NCBI GenBank assembly: GCA_028534125.1
Contig: CM052817.1
Coordinates: forward strand, 50,966,001-51,030,000
DNA: 64,000 nucleotides
Reading direction: 5' to 3'
Source: Lama glama
Taxonomy: Eukaryota
Shown here in pieces: positions 63,070-64,000 of this stretch (positions are counted from its first letter, which is position 1; the number at the start of each line of letters is the position of its first letter). The translations under genes were made by a program, and so were the position numbers. The notes under the pieces were generated by a model, which was not told where the DNA came from, made no database searches, and saw only the letters and a list, made by a program, of their open reading frames with translations.

Positions 63070-64000
63070 GTGAAAAATGATAATTTCTCTGCTACTTATA
63101 AGTTTGTGTTCCTAAACTTCCCCCAATTCCTCTACCCCCGGCCCCTAGAAACCACATACTGTACACTTAAAAATTACACAATGTTGTATGTCGAAGTATC
63201 TCAACTTACGAAGATAACAATTTCTCAATCTCAAAATGGCTCTTGCTGCTTTTCCTGATCCAGATATGAAGACTAAATAAGGCACACATTTTTTTCCCTG
63301 AAATGATCATTTATACCACTATAATGACATTTCTACTGAGAGGTGGTCCTTTTATTGCTTTTGTATTAGTAGCGAGAAACAAACATTTTAGCAAAAGTTT
63401 CTCTTAAATGTTTACTTTACTATAAAATGGATTTACTACCAGATAGATTCTTATCTGAACAAATACCTCTAAAGTTAACTTTAGAGTCAAGATTTAGGGT
63501 GAAGATTCTACAGTTCAGAGTTCTTAAATCACATCTTTAATCTAGTTTCCCTTAAGGCTTGGTTGAAAGAAAAACAGATTATTATAGAATAGAGTGGCTA
63601 CTAGTCTTTTCAATTTCTTCACCAAATCTCTGATTGAGATAACCATTTTCATTTATCTAATTATCAACTCATCTTGCATCATACAGGGATATGTTTTATT
63701 TATTTTTTTACCTTTTTTTGAATTAGTGAATTACACATTTCACAGAATTGAAGGAGTTATAAAATAACATGAAATATAAAAGAGATTGATTTTATGATGT
63801 TGATTATGTCTAAAGTACAAAGTTAAACTAGAGACTAACTGGCTCTCTTAAAAATAAATTAACAGAAATATCTAATATAAACTCACTGAAAGGGCGGGGT
63901 AAAAAAATGGCCTAGGTAACTATGTAAAATGGTGTTATTAATGGATAAAAAAGAATTATACATAAATACTGTAACTCTATTTCAGGTGTTAGCAAACTGT

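Noticed and set aside
63893..63900. GC box GGGCGGGG as a promoter
   Set aside because: Single motif in AT-rich, probably L1-derived sequence with no CpG island.
1..64000. CRISPR array, prokaryotic operon, intact autonomous retroelement or novel multi-gene system
   Set aside because: No regularly spaced repeats, no long intact ORFs, and all RT/pol remnants are truncated or disrupted; the window is explained by known mammalian TE classes plus unique non-coding DNA.

Overview
AT-rich, CpG-poor mammalian genomic DNA dominated by transposable elements. I could not recognise any cellular protein-coding exon, RNA gene, CRISPR array or CpG-island promoter, so this is probably intergenic or deep intronic sequence. 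A tRNA-derived SINE resembling camelid Vic-1 (35349-35468) and young L1 3' ends suggest a camelid (camel/alpaca-type) genome. The window is a stack of nested insertions: old L1M elements on both strands; young L1s with clean target-site duplications (TSDs), one carrying a twin-priming 5' inversion and one spanning a 500-N gap that is probably undersized; four ERV1-type solo LTRs with 4-bp TSDs; a degraded two-LTR ERVL (LTR16-type) provirus; MLT1/MLT2/MER21-like LTRs; a Tigger-type MITE; MIR and L2 relics; and microsatellites. The ORFs I can assign are L1 ORF1/ORF2 or ERVL fragments; the rest look like chance ORFs. The main apparently non-repetitive stretches (about 19.8-23.7, 44-50.5 and 56.7-59.2 kb) hold a few candidate regulatory or non-coding-exon signals. 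I found no convincing new biological system. Subfamily names come from recalled consensus similarity, not from a database search, and boundaries without TSDs are approximate.
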